DNA of 64,000 nt. Source: Candidatus Latescibacterota bacterium. GTDB taxonomy: Bacteria > Latescibacterota > UBA2968 > SICM01. The stretch spans positions 352,001-416,000 of the forward strand of contig CBDCJO010000002.1 in the NCBI GenBank assembly GCA_965217865.1, in the 5' to 3' direction. The notes under the pieces are model-generated. The model saw only the letters and a list, made by a program, of their open reading frames with translations. It did not search any database and was not told where the DNA came from. Shown here piece after piece: positions 11,956 to 21,234 of the stretch; positions within the stretch are counted from its first letter, which is position 1; every line of letters begins with the position of its first letter. Made by a program: the position numbers and the translations under genes.

Positions 11956-12572
11956 TCCGGGTTGCAATCTTGGTGGAGGGGGAGACCGAGGGCGAGTTCG
12001 TCAAGCGAATTCTGTCTGGCTATCTTTGCCAAAGAGGCGTGTTGGTGCAGTACCGTAACCTTCAGGGCAGAGTGAACGTGCACAAGATAGCGCGAGAGAT
12101 GTGTCGCTACTGCAGTTCGTTCAACGTGGTCACGTCTTTAGTCGACTATTATGGGTTCATGAGTAAGAAAGGTGCGACTGTCGTGGATCTTGAGAAGCAA
12201 GTGAAAGCGGAAGTGGGAAATAGGATGCCGGGTGGCGGCACGTGTAAGATCTACCCATACATACAGCAACACGAGTTTGAGGGACTGTTATTCTCCAACG
12301 TAAGAGCATTCGGTCATCTGCCGAATGTGACCGCCGCAACCGTACAAAGTCTGAAGAGGGTCCGCAATCGGTTTCAAACGCCCGAGGACATTAACGACAG
12401 CGATGCTTCGGCACCAAGTAAGATCATCAAGAGAATAATCCCTACGTACCAGAAGGTGGTGGACGGCACATACTTGGCAGAGTGGATCACGTTGGCGAAG
12501 ATGCGCCGAGAATGCAAACGATTTGACACATGGGTGACTTTTTTGGAGTCGCTCGGTGAAGAACCTGACTGA
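11952..12572 (+). CDS. DUF4276-family (TOPRIM-like) putative nuclease, partner of the ATPase
   Basis: TTG start overlapping the ATPase TGA (TTGA); ILVEGETE, DYY, QHEFEGLLFS, PEDIND, PSK, YQKVVDG. Confidence 0.85.
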   Translation: MIRVAILVEGETEGEFVKRILSGYLCQRGVLVQYRNLQGRVNVHKIAREMCRYCSSFNVVTSLVDYYGFMSKKGATVVDLEKQVKAEVGNRMPGGGTCKIYPYIQQHEFEGLLFSNVRAFGHLPNVTAATVQSLKRVRNRFQTPEDINDSDASAPSKIIKRIIPTYQKVVDGTYLAEWITLAKMRRECKRFDTWVTFLESLGEEPD

Positions 12573-13108
12573 TCTTCCCAGTGCACCGCCTTTCCTCTAT
12601 TCTACACCCCGATCACATTGGGAGCGGCGCTACCCTATTCCGTGCTCCTCCGGCCCTGCGGGTTCAGAGATCGACTTTGTGAAACCGCATGTCCGGGGTT
12701 CTGTTTGCAAGCAATTTCGGCAGGCCGAAAACCACAATATGTGGCAGGTCGTCAGACTCTGTGCGACCAGTACGACACGGGAATCAAAGTGGACTAGGTG
12801 GTGCACGGATACATATCTGTCAACCACAAGTCGGTTCGAGCCCATGCGATACTACCTCGAATGGAGTGTAGACCGCGCGCCCAGGCTGCGGATCGCTGGC
12901 GCCGTAAAGGTCACCCGGGCCGATCACTCTCTCCAACTCGTTGGGAAGGATCACCGGTCCCCTTCGCCGCCAAGGCCAGCGTCAGATACGGTTGAAAACC
13001 CGGGCCGCCACGTCCGCGCACTTTTCGCCTTCGACGATCAGCACCGTCCGTCCGTCGCCGGTCAGCGTCTCGGTGGGCGAAAAGGAACCGCACAGGCTGC
13101 ACGGCTGG

Positions 13109-13381
13109 TCAGTCTTGACCGTCGACCTGCTCGACAAGACTCTTCATCCCACGAATGAGCGCAGCCACTTCCCGCCGCTCGTCGGTCGCCGCGGCGGTGA
13201 AAAGACCGTGTTTGAAGGCGTTCGTGTTACCGACCGGTGCGCCGGGCGATGCTCCCCCGTGCATCCGGCAACGGCCGTTCGTCATCGCGGGTGACCGGCA
13301 CGGCATCCCGCTTCTCGTCCTGGCACCGCATCTCGGGCTCCGGTGCATGGGCAATCTACTTTGCATGGGGTTGTTCCTCAA
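13109..13381 (-). CDS. HGGxSTG domain protein (phage/terminase-small associated)
   Basis: RCGARTRSGMPCRSPAMTNGRCRMHGGASPGAPVGNTNAFKHG; partial copies at 26011-26126 and 44434-44535. Confidence 0.75.
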   Translation of the reverse strand: MRNNPMQSRLPMHRSPRCGARTRSGMPCRSPAMTNGRCRMHGGASPGAPVGNTNAFKHGLFTAAATDERREVAALIRGMKSLVEQVDGQD

Positions 13382-13479
13382 ATTTCGATCGAATCCCCTC
13401 TCCCCCTCGTAGCCCGTTGTCCGGCAAGATGCTGGGAGGTTGCCCCTGGTCTTCGGGCAAGGGTGAGGAGTTCATCGGA

Positions 13480-13847
13480 GAGGCAAGCGCTTGCGGGTCC
13501 TTCGGAGGACGATCGTCTGAAGAACTGCGCACGACAATCTTGAACAGCGCGTCAGGGATGGCGATGAGCATTTCGTCTTTGTCCGGTTCCCCCAGAAGGG
13601 CAGGCGGCTCATCCAGGCCGACGACCGGCCCTGCGATGATCCAAACTTCGCCGTACAGATCAGCCCAATCTGCCGTCTTGTACTCGAGATCCAGCCAGAT
13701 ACCGGCATTGAACTCCTGGCGCTGGGGCACAGCGTTCAGCATCGTATGGGTGTTCCATTCGGCCTCGGGGCTGATCCTTGCAGCGTGTAACTTCATGCAG
13801 AGGTGGCCACGGACGTACCAGTTGGGATGGGCTTTTCGGAAAGCCAT
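13480..13847 (-). pseudogene. DNA/RNA non-specific endonuclease (NucA/EndoG) fragment
   Basis: YVRGHL...NAVPQRQEFNAGIWLDLE...IIAGP...IPDALFKIV. Confidence 0.75.
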
Positions 13848-14695
13848 ACCCTGATCCCAATAACGAAAATTGCCCGGGCGGCGCTGCGACCAAGGGACTC
13901 GTGCTCGGCACGGATTTCATCAGCGACGTACTTCTCGTCTCCATTAGAGTAACTCCACCACTCACGCTTCGCCCGAATGTGTTGTCGACAGATGTTGCAT
14001 TACGCACCATCAGCGAGGCACTCACCAAGGCCGCTTGCGCGAGATTGGAACTGGAGTCGAACGAATTGCAGGCCGAGTACCGACCCGCGCTCACCGCCGC
14101 AGGGCGCGAAGGTCGGGAGGCGGAGATCTACTTGTACGATACCTTACCTGGCGGTGCCGGTTTTGCCCAACGCGCAGGGAAACTAGGGTTAACCCTCTTC
14201 GAGGACGCTCTAGAGATTCTCGAGGTATGCCCCGAGGACTGTGATCGGTCGTGCTATCGCTGCTTGCGGAATTACAGGAACAAGCTTGAACACGACCTTC
14301 TTGATCGTCACCTTGGCGCGAGTCTGTTGAGATTTCTCGTTCGTGGAAGCTACCCAACACTAGCTTCGGGTCGGCTGGCATCTTCCACAGACTTGCTCTT
14401 CGAAGATCTCCGCAGACAAGGCCTCGAAGGTGTGACCATTGAACGGAGTTATCCCTTAACGCTTCCCGGATTCGGTGCGGTAACGGCTCCGCTATACGTG
14501 AAACAGGCGACGGGCGCCGAATTCATCATCGGTCTCCATGGACCGCTTACACCTGACGGCCCGCCTGATGCTGCCCTAAGAGAAATTAAGGAGTTTAGCC
14601 CTTCAATTCCGGTATTGCTTTACGACGAGATAGCAGTACGGCGAAACCTTCCGGCTGTTACCAGCCACCTGATTGCGCAAATAGGACAGGTGTAA
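13830..14695 (+). pseudogene. DUF1998 (MZB) C-terminal part of a DEAD/DEAH helicase; N-terminus deleted
   Basis: IYLYDTLPGGAGF, CPEDCDRSCYRCLRNYRN...LDRHLG. Confidence 0.8.
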
Positions 14696-15945
14696 TGCCT
14701 CAAGACAAGGCAGGGAGTCCTTGGCAAGTATTCCGGCCGTCAGCGTGGCCCGAAGCGCCGGTGTGGATGTCCTACTCTACACTGTCACACTTGGAGGCCT
14801 GTCCACGTCGATGGGCTCTCAGCACTGCCGCGTTTCCGAGCGTGTGGGAAGAGTCCGGTTACCCCCGTCCCCCACAACAGACGGCTCTTGAAGGCACGGT
14901 CGTCCATTTGAGTCTTCAGAAGATTACGCGTTCCTTTGTAGAACGTCGTTGTCCTTCGTTGACTGACGAGAGTGCGATCTTGGCGCTGAGGGAGTTCGGT
15001 GGCTATACGGCGGTCGTTGTGGGTAGTCTGAAATTGGCGCTTCAGCCGTATGAAAGGAACCCACGAGCTGCTCCGTTACTTGAGGAAATTCATCGTCGAC
15101 TTTCTGCGAGAGTTCCAGAACTCCGCTCAAGAGTACAGAGATTGCTGACTCGCATTCGACCTGCGGAACGTCGGGCTGGTGGATTAGAGCCGGCTGTGAA
15201 CCATCCCGGGGTCGAATCACGATCTCCGCTGGTGCATGGTTCCTATGCAGAAGTCGAAATTCGAGCAATCGAGATAGCGTGGCGTGGTTTTGCCGACTTA
15301 CTCACGCTTTCAAACACGGAGTGCGAGATTCGAGATTTTAAGACCGGAGTTCCAAAAGAGGAGCATGTGTTCCAAGTTCGTACATATGCACTGCTGTGGG
15401 CCCGGGATCGTGATTTGAATCCGACTGGTAGGTTAGCGGACAGATTGGTTCTTTCTTACGACGAAAGCGATATAGAGGTTCCGGCGCCAGACGAGGGAGA
15501 AATCGGTCAGTTAGAAAATGAACTGCGGAGACGAACCGCCGAGGCGTTGACTGATCTCCAGGATGATCCTCCTGAGGCTCGGCCTAGCCCGCAAAACTGC
15601 GAGCACTGTCATGTACGACACCTATGCGAAGAGTATTGGCACCTACATGCGAGACAAAGAGCCACCAACGGGTCGGCAAACAGCGGGTTTGGAGACGTCC
15701 AGATCGGTCTTACTGGTCAGCACGGCCCTAGTAGTTGGGATGGTGTAATCCAATCCGGTCCAGACTTGAAGGTAGGTGAACCAATCTTGCTGAGGACAAC
15801 AAATCTCCAATTTGAACTGAAATCGGGTCAACGGGTTCGTCTGCTTAATGTCCACATTCGTGTGCCTGAAGAAGAGTTAATTGAAGAACAACCGCCGGCA
15901 TTTGTAGCAACGATGGGAGCGAATTCCGAGGCGTTTCTGCTTTGA
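14695..15945 (+). CDS. PD-(D/E)XK nuclease, Cas4/RecB-like with four conserved Cys
   Basis: SYSTL..ACPRRW, GTVVH, EVEI..GFADLL..IRDFKTG, Q..Y, CEHCHVRHLC; TAATG coupling to the DUF1998 gene. Confidence 0.8.
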   Translation: MPQDKAGSPWQVFRPSAWPEAPVWMSYSTLSHLEACPRRWALSTAAFPSVWEESGYPRPPQQTALEGTVVHLSLQKITRSFVERRCPSLTDESAILALREFGGYTAVVVGSLKLALQPYERNPRAAPLLEEIHRRLSARVPELRSRVQRLLTRIRPAERRAGGLEPAVNHPGVESRSPLVHGSYAEVEIRAIEIAWRGFADLLTLSNTECEIRDFKTGVPKEEHVFQVRTYALLWARDRDLNPTGRLADRLVLSYDESDIEVPAPDEGEIGQLENELRRRTAEALTDLQDDPPEARPSPQNCEHCHVRHLCEEYWHLHARQRATNGSANSGFGDVQIGLTGQHGPSSWDGVIQSGPDLKVGEPILLRTTNLQFELKSGQRVRLLNVHIRVPEEELIEEQPPAFVATMGANSEAFLL

Positions 15946-16002
15946 GGAATTACTCGTCTGCATTGTGGTCCGGACTGATCGACGCAAGAACGAGACTCGC
16001 TT

Positions 16003-16370
16003 ATGACGCTTGAACAGATCACTGCGCTGGCCGTAAAAGGCGAATCCGAAACGCTGGAGTTCAAGAGCACCACGGGAACGCGCCGCGAGGCGGCCCAAAC
16101 CGTGTGCGCCATGCTCAACCAGTGCGGCGGGCACGTGCTGTTCGGTGTCACGGCGACGGGAGATGTGGCCGGCCAACAGGTGAGCGCCGAGATCCAAAGG
16201 ATCGATCCGCCGGCATTTCCGGCGGTCGAGCGGATTCACGTAGCCGGAGACCTTGAAGTGGTGGCGGTTCGTGTGAGCCAGGGTTCCGCGCGGCCGTACC
16301 AGTACCGGGGTACCGCCTATCGACGAGTTGGCAACACGACGTTGGCCATGTCGGCCGACGAATACAACTA
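16003..16370 (+). pseudogene. Schlafen/AlbA_2 DNA-binding domain protein, truncated
   Basis: GESETLEFKS, CAMLNQCGGHVLFGV, PYQYRGTAYRRVGNTT; breaks after MSADEYN. Confidence 0.75.
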
Positions 16371-16486
16371 CTTCTGGATCACGGCGAATGGTCCATCCGT
16401 CCTCTTCGTAAATGTCTTGCAGGCGCAAAGTCAATCATCCTTACGGCTGAAACGGATGCATGGTGCCGTTCCTGGGGTGGCATTTC

Positions 16487-16611
16487 TCATAACGTTCCCG
16501 CGGGCTGCGGAACTTGCCGGCCTGTCCTCCGGAGCTGCGTAGCAGCGAAGGAGGGAGGCAAGTTGGGCCGGAGGTGCGAAAGCGCCGGAGCCGCAGCCCG
16601 GCGTGTTATAT
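16487..16611 (-). other. Integron attC site 1 (125 bp)
   Basis: TCATAAC...GTTATAT core boxes with inner palindrome CGGGCTGCGG/CCGCAGCCCG, just downstream of the minus-strand cassette gene. Confidence 0.8.
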
Positions 16612-16628
16612 GCTGCCGTGGTCGAGCA

Positions 16629-17441
16629 TCAACCCTGTGGTTTTTGTCCTACGTAGAGTACGTGTCTGGACGAAGCCAGCATGCTTTTTTCTGCACTGAC
16701 TTCGAATAGAAGGTCCAACCAAAGGTCTCGTTGCTTCCCTTCAAGTGTGTTGTAGCTCTCGTCGTCTGCGGAGATTGCCGGCTCGACGCCAGCAATCTTG
16801 AGGGTGCGGAATCCCACTGTTTCATGCAAGGGGGCGATCTCATCCAACCGCACAAAATAGCCTCGGAAGCCACCTCTTGGGGCACCAGCGGGGCGTTGGC
16901 CGTGTCTAGCCAGTGACCAAACCTCTTCTTGGTTCTCTATCCAGGAAGGGTTCGTTTTAATCAGGTCTCCAAGAACACCGAATCTGGAAAGCATGGCGGA
17001 AAGGATCACTCCTCCTGATGTTAGGCATTCGTAGGCTGACCGCAGAGCTGCTGCTCGATCGGTTTCAAGTAGTAGATGGTACAGCGGACCCATAAGCAGA
17101 ACAGCCTCAAACTGGCCACGGGGAATACCATCCAGCTCGCGTGCATCGCCAGTCCGGAAGTCAATCTGATCAGATAAGCCGAGCTCCTCCGCCTTCGCCT
17201 TGCATCGGGTAACGTACTCATCAGCAAGATCGACAGCCGTGATCTGGTAGCCCCGCTCTGCCAAGGCAAAGGTGTAGAACCCTGTGCCGGAGCCAATCTC
17301 AAGAAGCCTGCCGCGAGGTGGCAGGTACAGGTCCAAATAGCGCCAAGTAATGTCGGCCTCAAGCTGATGGCGCTCTAACCTGCTTGCCTCGATCTCCCAT
17401 CCAGCGTTGTACATCTCGCGTATGTCGGTCAGATCGCCCAT
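16629..17441 (-). CDS. Class I SAM-dependent methyltransferase (gene cassette A)
   Basis: LLEIGSGTG, AVDLA, GDAR, VLLMGPLYHL; lies between two attC sites; ATG at 17441. Confidence 0.85.
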   Translation of the reverse strand: MGDLTDIREMYNAGWEIEASRLERHQLEADITWRYLDLYLPPRGRLLEIGSGTGFYTFALAERGYQITAVDLADEYVTRCKAKAEELGLSDQIDFRTGDARELDGIPRGQFEAVLLMGPLYHLLLETDRAAALRSAYECLTSGGVILSAMLSRFGVLGDLIKTNPSWIENQEEVWSLARHGQRPAGAPRGGFRGYFVRLDEIAPLHETVGFRTLKIAGVEPAISADDESYNTLEGKQRDLWLDLLFEVSAEKSMLASSRHVLYVGQKPQG

Positions 17442-17468
17442 GGTGTCTTTCTGTTCGACCACGGTTGC

Positions 17469-17606
17469 ATATAACGTTTGGCACCCCCGAACCTGCCGGG
17501 GGCGCGGCGCTTGCTTATAGGATTTCAGGAAAGCAGCAAGCGCCGTGACCGCCATAACAGGTTTGGTTGAGTGCCGAAGGCACGAGCCGGGGGTGCCGTG
17601 TTATAA
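17469..17606 (-). other. Integron attC site 2 (138 bp)
   Basis: ATATAAC...GTTATAA with GGCACCCCCG/CGGGGGTGCC arms and inner GGCGCTTGCT/AGCAAGCGCC stem. Confidence 0.8.
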
Positions 17607-17743
17607 GCCGTGCCGGTTCCGCGATTGTTGTTCAACTGCGAGTCCTACCGCTTCACCGCCAGCAATGTCACCCCATTGACCCCTCTAGTGTCGTGTCCCA
17701 GTAATTCCTTACAAAAGAAAGTCTCCAAAAACGTAGCGGTGGC

Positions 17744-17835
17744 TGTCATTTTGATCGAGAGCCAGCGAGCGAAGATCGCACCAACTGTCTGATAGTTCGG
17801 GACATAGAGATCCTTCGCTCCGCTCAGGACGAACA
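17744..17835. repeat. REP-like palindromic pair inside cassette B
   Basis: GATCCTTCGCTCCGCTCAGGAC resembles the REP-like units at 49308-49440. Confidence 0.45.
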
Positions 17836-17852
17836 GACCGCTATCCGAGAAA

Positions 17853-18515
17853 TTATTGAAGGAACTTCTGGGACACGACACTAGGATCTAGAGTTGACAG
17901 TTCCAAGCCTGATTTCTTGACCATGTGTGATATGTCATCCAAGAACGAGGTGAACTCGAAGTCATCACCCGCGAGCTCACTCTTTAGAATCTGCCAATTT
18001 TCTATCCCAAACCGTTTTTCCCACTGAGCATAGATTTCCGGGATGCGTTCATTCATCTCCTCACGTGTGAAGTTGAATGAGTCATCTTCAAGATAGAAGC
18101 CCCCCCTTGATTTGAGCATGCTGTAAACTTGGTCGAGAATGTGTCTCTTGTCCTTATCCGGCACGTGATGAAGGGCTGCGATCGAAACCACAGCATCAGC
18201 TATCTCTTCACCTGAATCGAATTCGCGGAAGTCACCGTGTACAATTCTTACATTTGAGATTCCTCGTTTCAATAGCAGCCGGCGAGACGACTCGACCATA
18301 TGAATCGAGCCATCAACTCCCACCCCCGCTTTGATGTGGTTAGCCAACTCTGCCAATAATTTCCCTTCCCCACAGCCGAGGTCAACAAGAGTGCTATCGG
18401 AGGTCAGCCCAAGCTTTCCGACCCACTGCGCGGCCTCGAACTCCACGGGCGAAGTGAACCTTATGTAGGTATCAGCGTAAGCCTGATCTTCCCATCGTTT
18501 CAAGCAATCCGGCAT
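17853..18515 (-). CDS. Class I SAM-dependent methyltransferase (gene cassette B)
   Basis: LVDLGCGEG, GVDGS, GDF, AALHHVP, LKSRGGFYLED. Confidence 0.85.
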   Translation of the reverse strand: MPDCLKRWEDQAYADTYIRFTSPVEFEAAQWVGKLGLTSDSTLVDLGCGEGKLLAELANHIKAGVGVDGSIHMVESSRRLLLKRGISNVRIVHGDFREFDSGEEIADAVVSIAALHHVPDKDKRHILDQVYSMLKSRGGFYLEDDSFNFTREEMNERIPEIYAQWEKRFGIENWQILKSELAGDDFEFTSFLDDISHMVKKSGLELSTLDPSVVSQKFLQ

Positions 18516-18786
18516 GCTCGTTTCGTCCTCTGTATCTTGGGTACAGCTCTACCAAAGAAAGTGAAGTCGGATTTGATGTGTGGAAAGTGACACTGAACCG
18601 GCATGGCTTATAACGTCTCGCGCATGTCCGAAGTCCGAGCGCAGCGAGGATTTGGGCGGAAGCCGGTGGTTTTCTCTGGCTGTAGCCGGACATGCGCTGA
18701 TATTAATCTAAAGGCCCTCGTTGTCAGGAAAAGTTATTATTTGAGGTCCGGATATCTCAATAACCTTTCCACCACAGGAGGGCCTT

Positions 18787-19830
18787 ATGCGATACGCGAA
18801 GATCGACTCCGACTATTTCTGTGGCATCGATCTCCACGCCAGAACCATGTATGTTTGTGTAATGAGTAAGATGGGGGAGATTGTGTTCCAGCGCAATCTG
18901 AAAAACGACTTCAAACTCTTACTGCAGGTGCTGGAAGCTCACCTCGGTAGCATCGCCGTCGGGGTGGAGTCAACCTTCAACTGGTACTGGCTGGCTGACG
19001 GATGTCACAAGGCCGGAATTCCATTCTACCTGGGACACGCCCTGTATATGAAGGCGATCCACGGGGGCAAAAAGAAGAACGACCGTCTCGATTCCAGAAT
19101 GCTGGCAGAGCTGATGCGCTGCAACCTGTTCCCGATGGCCTATGCCTATCCGCAAGAGATGCGGGCAACCCGGGACCTGCTCCGGCGAAGGCACCGGTTT
19201 GTGGCCTTACGGGCTGAGTGCTACACCCACATCCAGAACACCTTCTCTCAGCAGGCTATCCTGGATCCTCTCAGCGACCAGGTCAAAAAGAAGACCAGCA
19301 GGAGAAAGCTGTGCGAACGTCTGGCCGACCCAGATCTGGGTATGTCTGTGGGCTGCGATCTGGACCTGGTTGACTCCCTGGACAAAATGATCTACAAAGT
19401 CGAGAAGCAAGTCCTTGCACAGGCCAAACATCACGATCGCAATGCCCTGTCTATCCTGATGACGGTTCCCGGACTTGGGGAGATGCTGGCCATGACCATC
19501 CTGTATGAAATCCACACGGTTGAACGGTTCAAATCCGCTTCAGCCTTCTCCTCCTACAGCCGGCTGATCAAAGTCGAGAGAGAGTCCGCTGGGAAGAAGA
19601 CAAAGGACGGGAATAACAAAATCGGAAACCCACACCTAAAGTGGGCCTTCTCGGAAATCATCCTCGTGGCTCAGAGATGGTCAGAACCGATCAATAGAAA
19701 CTACGAGAAACTCAAGAGCAAACACGGTCCGGGAAAAGCCAAGAGCGTCATCGCTCATAAATTCGGCGTGGCCGCCTACCAAATGCTCAAAAGTGGCCAG
19801 GCATTCGACGAGAAACGGTTTGTAGCATAA
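18787..19830 (+). CDS. IS110-family DEDD transposase/recombinase
   Basis: GIDLH, VEST, KNDRLDS (DEDD), TVPGLG, ESAG, GNPHLKWAF. Confidence 0.92.
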   Translation: MRYAKIDSDYFCGIDLHARTMYVCVMSKMGEIVFQRNLKNDFKLLLQVLEAHLGSIAVGVESTFNWYWLADGCHKAGIPFYLGHALYMKAIHGGKKKNDRLDSRMLAELMRCNLFPMAYAYPQEMRATRDLLRRRHRFVALRAECYTHIQNTFSQQAILDPLSDQVKKKTSRRKLCERLADPDLGMSVGCDLDLVDSLDKMIYKVEKQVLAQAKHHDRNALSILMTVPGLGEMLAMTILYEIHTVERFKSASAFSSYSRLIKVERESAGKKTKDGNNKIGNPHLKWAFSEIILVAQRWSEPINRNYEKLKSKHGPGKAKSVIAHKFGVAAYQMLKSGQAFDEKRFVA

Positions 19831-20310
19831 TGGGTGGGGCGGTTAACCCGGCAGCTAACTGGCAGGGCAACGTCCGGACAATAGCCCAGCTCTCCCGCTG
19901 TGATTGGGAAGCCGCCTTCACCCCTTATATAGAACATAGATGAGCGGATCTGAGACAGTCAGTCCGTCTGCCCCCGCGATGAACCCGAACCTAACTGGCG
20001 TTCCCCCTCACAAAAAGGGGAGAACAGCCATCCTTCTTGATTGGGTCGCAAGGGGTACCGATTATTTTCTGGAGGGAGAGGAAAAGCCTCTCCCAGGGCG
20101 CTCCACAGAATACCGTGAGAGACGCTTGATTTCCAATACGTGTTTGGTGCAGATGGCTCACATCTAGCCCGGTATGTGAAAATCGAGCCAGACTGGCGAC
20201 TGACAAAGATCCGAACATCGCTAAACCTCTTCGGATCGGCTCATTGCAAGTCCCGACCGTTAGGGTCGCAAAAAAACGGTGAAAATCGTGATGAAGGGGT
20301 CTTTTTTTCT
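19831..20310 (+). ncRNA. Putative bridge RNA / seekRNA of the IS1111 element
   Basis: ~480 nt non-coding 3' region; duplicated CTAACTGGC (19855, 19991) ... TGATTGGG (19901, 20038) motifs at equal spacing; location expected for IS1111. Confidence 0.55.
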
Positions 20311-20356
20311 TGACCCGGGGCCTTTAATATGTGTGTTATATGAAGTTCGACCCCAT

Positions 20357-21103
20357 TCAATTATACTTTGTAGATATTTCATTGTACGATAAATTTCCCC
20401 CATAGATGTCAAGGGCAGAACCAACCGTAAAATTGATTTTGCTATTTCCATGCTTCTCTACTAATGATATATCATTATATGATTTTATTCCTCCTGCATA
20501 TGTTGTAGTAATAGGAGAAAATTCACCAAGCATTTTTATCAAATCTACTTCAACGCCTGAAGTTTTCCCTTCAACATCAACAGCATGCACTAAAAATTCA
20601 TCACAATATTCTGATAAAAACAATAAGCAATCTTTATCAATTTTACAGTTTGTGAACTTGCTCCACTTGTCGGTCATAATATAATAATCTGTCTCCTTTT
20701 TCCTTGAACTCAGATCTAATACAATATTATCTTTTTCAACAACCTTTCGGAGTTTTTTAAGATTATTTAGATCAATTTCACCATTTTTAAACACAAATGA
20801 TGTTACAATTATATGTGATGCTCCTTTTGAAATATAATAGTCAGCATTTTCGTCATTAATCCCACCGCCAACTTGAAGCCCTTTTGGGAACACTTCAAGG
20901 GCCTTTATTACTTGAGATTCATTTCCAGGGCCTAGCATCATAATATGACCGCCATATAGATTGCTGGTTTTAAACATTGTAGCATAATAGGTTGCTGGTT
21001 GAGTAGAAATAAAATTCTGTTTAATTTCATTGTCTTTTAATGTACTGCCAATAATCTGTTTTACTAATCCATTATGAAGGTCAATACATGGCCTGAATTT
21101 CAT
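20357..21103 (-). CDS. hisA: ProFAR isomerase, His6/eukaryotic-type HisA (gene cassette C), very AT-rich
   Basis: MKFRPCIDLHNGLVKQIIGSTL, GGHIMMLG, LQVGGGI, LVHAVDVEG, TYAGG, TVGSALDIYGG. Confidence 0.9.
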   Translation of the reverse strand: MKFRPCIDLHNGLVKQIIGSTLKDNEIKQNFISTQPATYYATMFKTSNLYGGHIMMLGPGNESQVIKALEVFPKGLQVGGGINDENADYYISKGASHIIVTSFVFKNGEIDLNNLKKLRKVVEKDNIVLDLSSRKKETDYYIMTDKWSKFTNCKIDKDCLLFLSEYCDEFLVHAVDVEGKTSGVEVDLIKMLGEFSPITTTYAGGIKSYNDISLVEKHGNSKINFTVGSALDIYGGNLSYNEISTKYN

Positions 21104-21147
21104 TTATCATTACCTATTAGAAATATTATACAATGGGGTCGAATTTC

Positions 21148-21234
21148 ATATAACGTCGTTCGCCGCTTTCGAACCCGCGTCAGCGGGTTGGGTCGAAGCC
21201 CGTCAGGGCTGAGCCTCAAGCGGACGTGTTACAC
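21148..21234 (-). other. Integron attC site 4 (87 bp)
   Basis: ATATAAC...GTTACAC with CCGCTT/AAGCGG arms and inner hairpins AACCCGC/GCGGGTT and AGCCC/GGGCT. Confidence 0.7.

Larger units (their letters stand above)
18700..20333 (+). mobile_element. IS110-family (IS1111 group) insertion sequence
   Basis: Sub-terminal IRs TAAAGGCCC (18709-18717) / GGGCCTTTA (20318-20326), outward-facing TTGAC at the right end, long 3' non-coding region, no TSD; exact ends uncertain by a few bp. Confidence 0.85.
18608..20341 (-). other. Integron attC site 3, interrupted by IS1111-like element (halves 18608-18699 and ~20334-20341)
   Basis: TTATAAC-GTCTC-GCGCATGTCCG...CGGACATGCGCTG | IS | TGTTATAT reconstitutes a ~100 bp attC. 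Confidence 0.75.

Noticed and set aside
17442-17555. 38-aa N-terminal extension of the methyltransferase ORF
   Set aside because: It runs through attC2; the real start is ATG 17441
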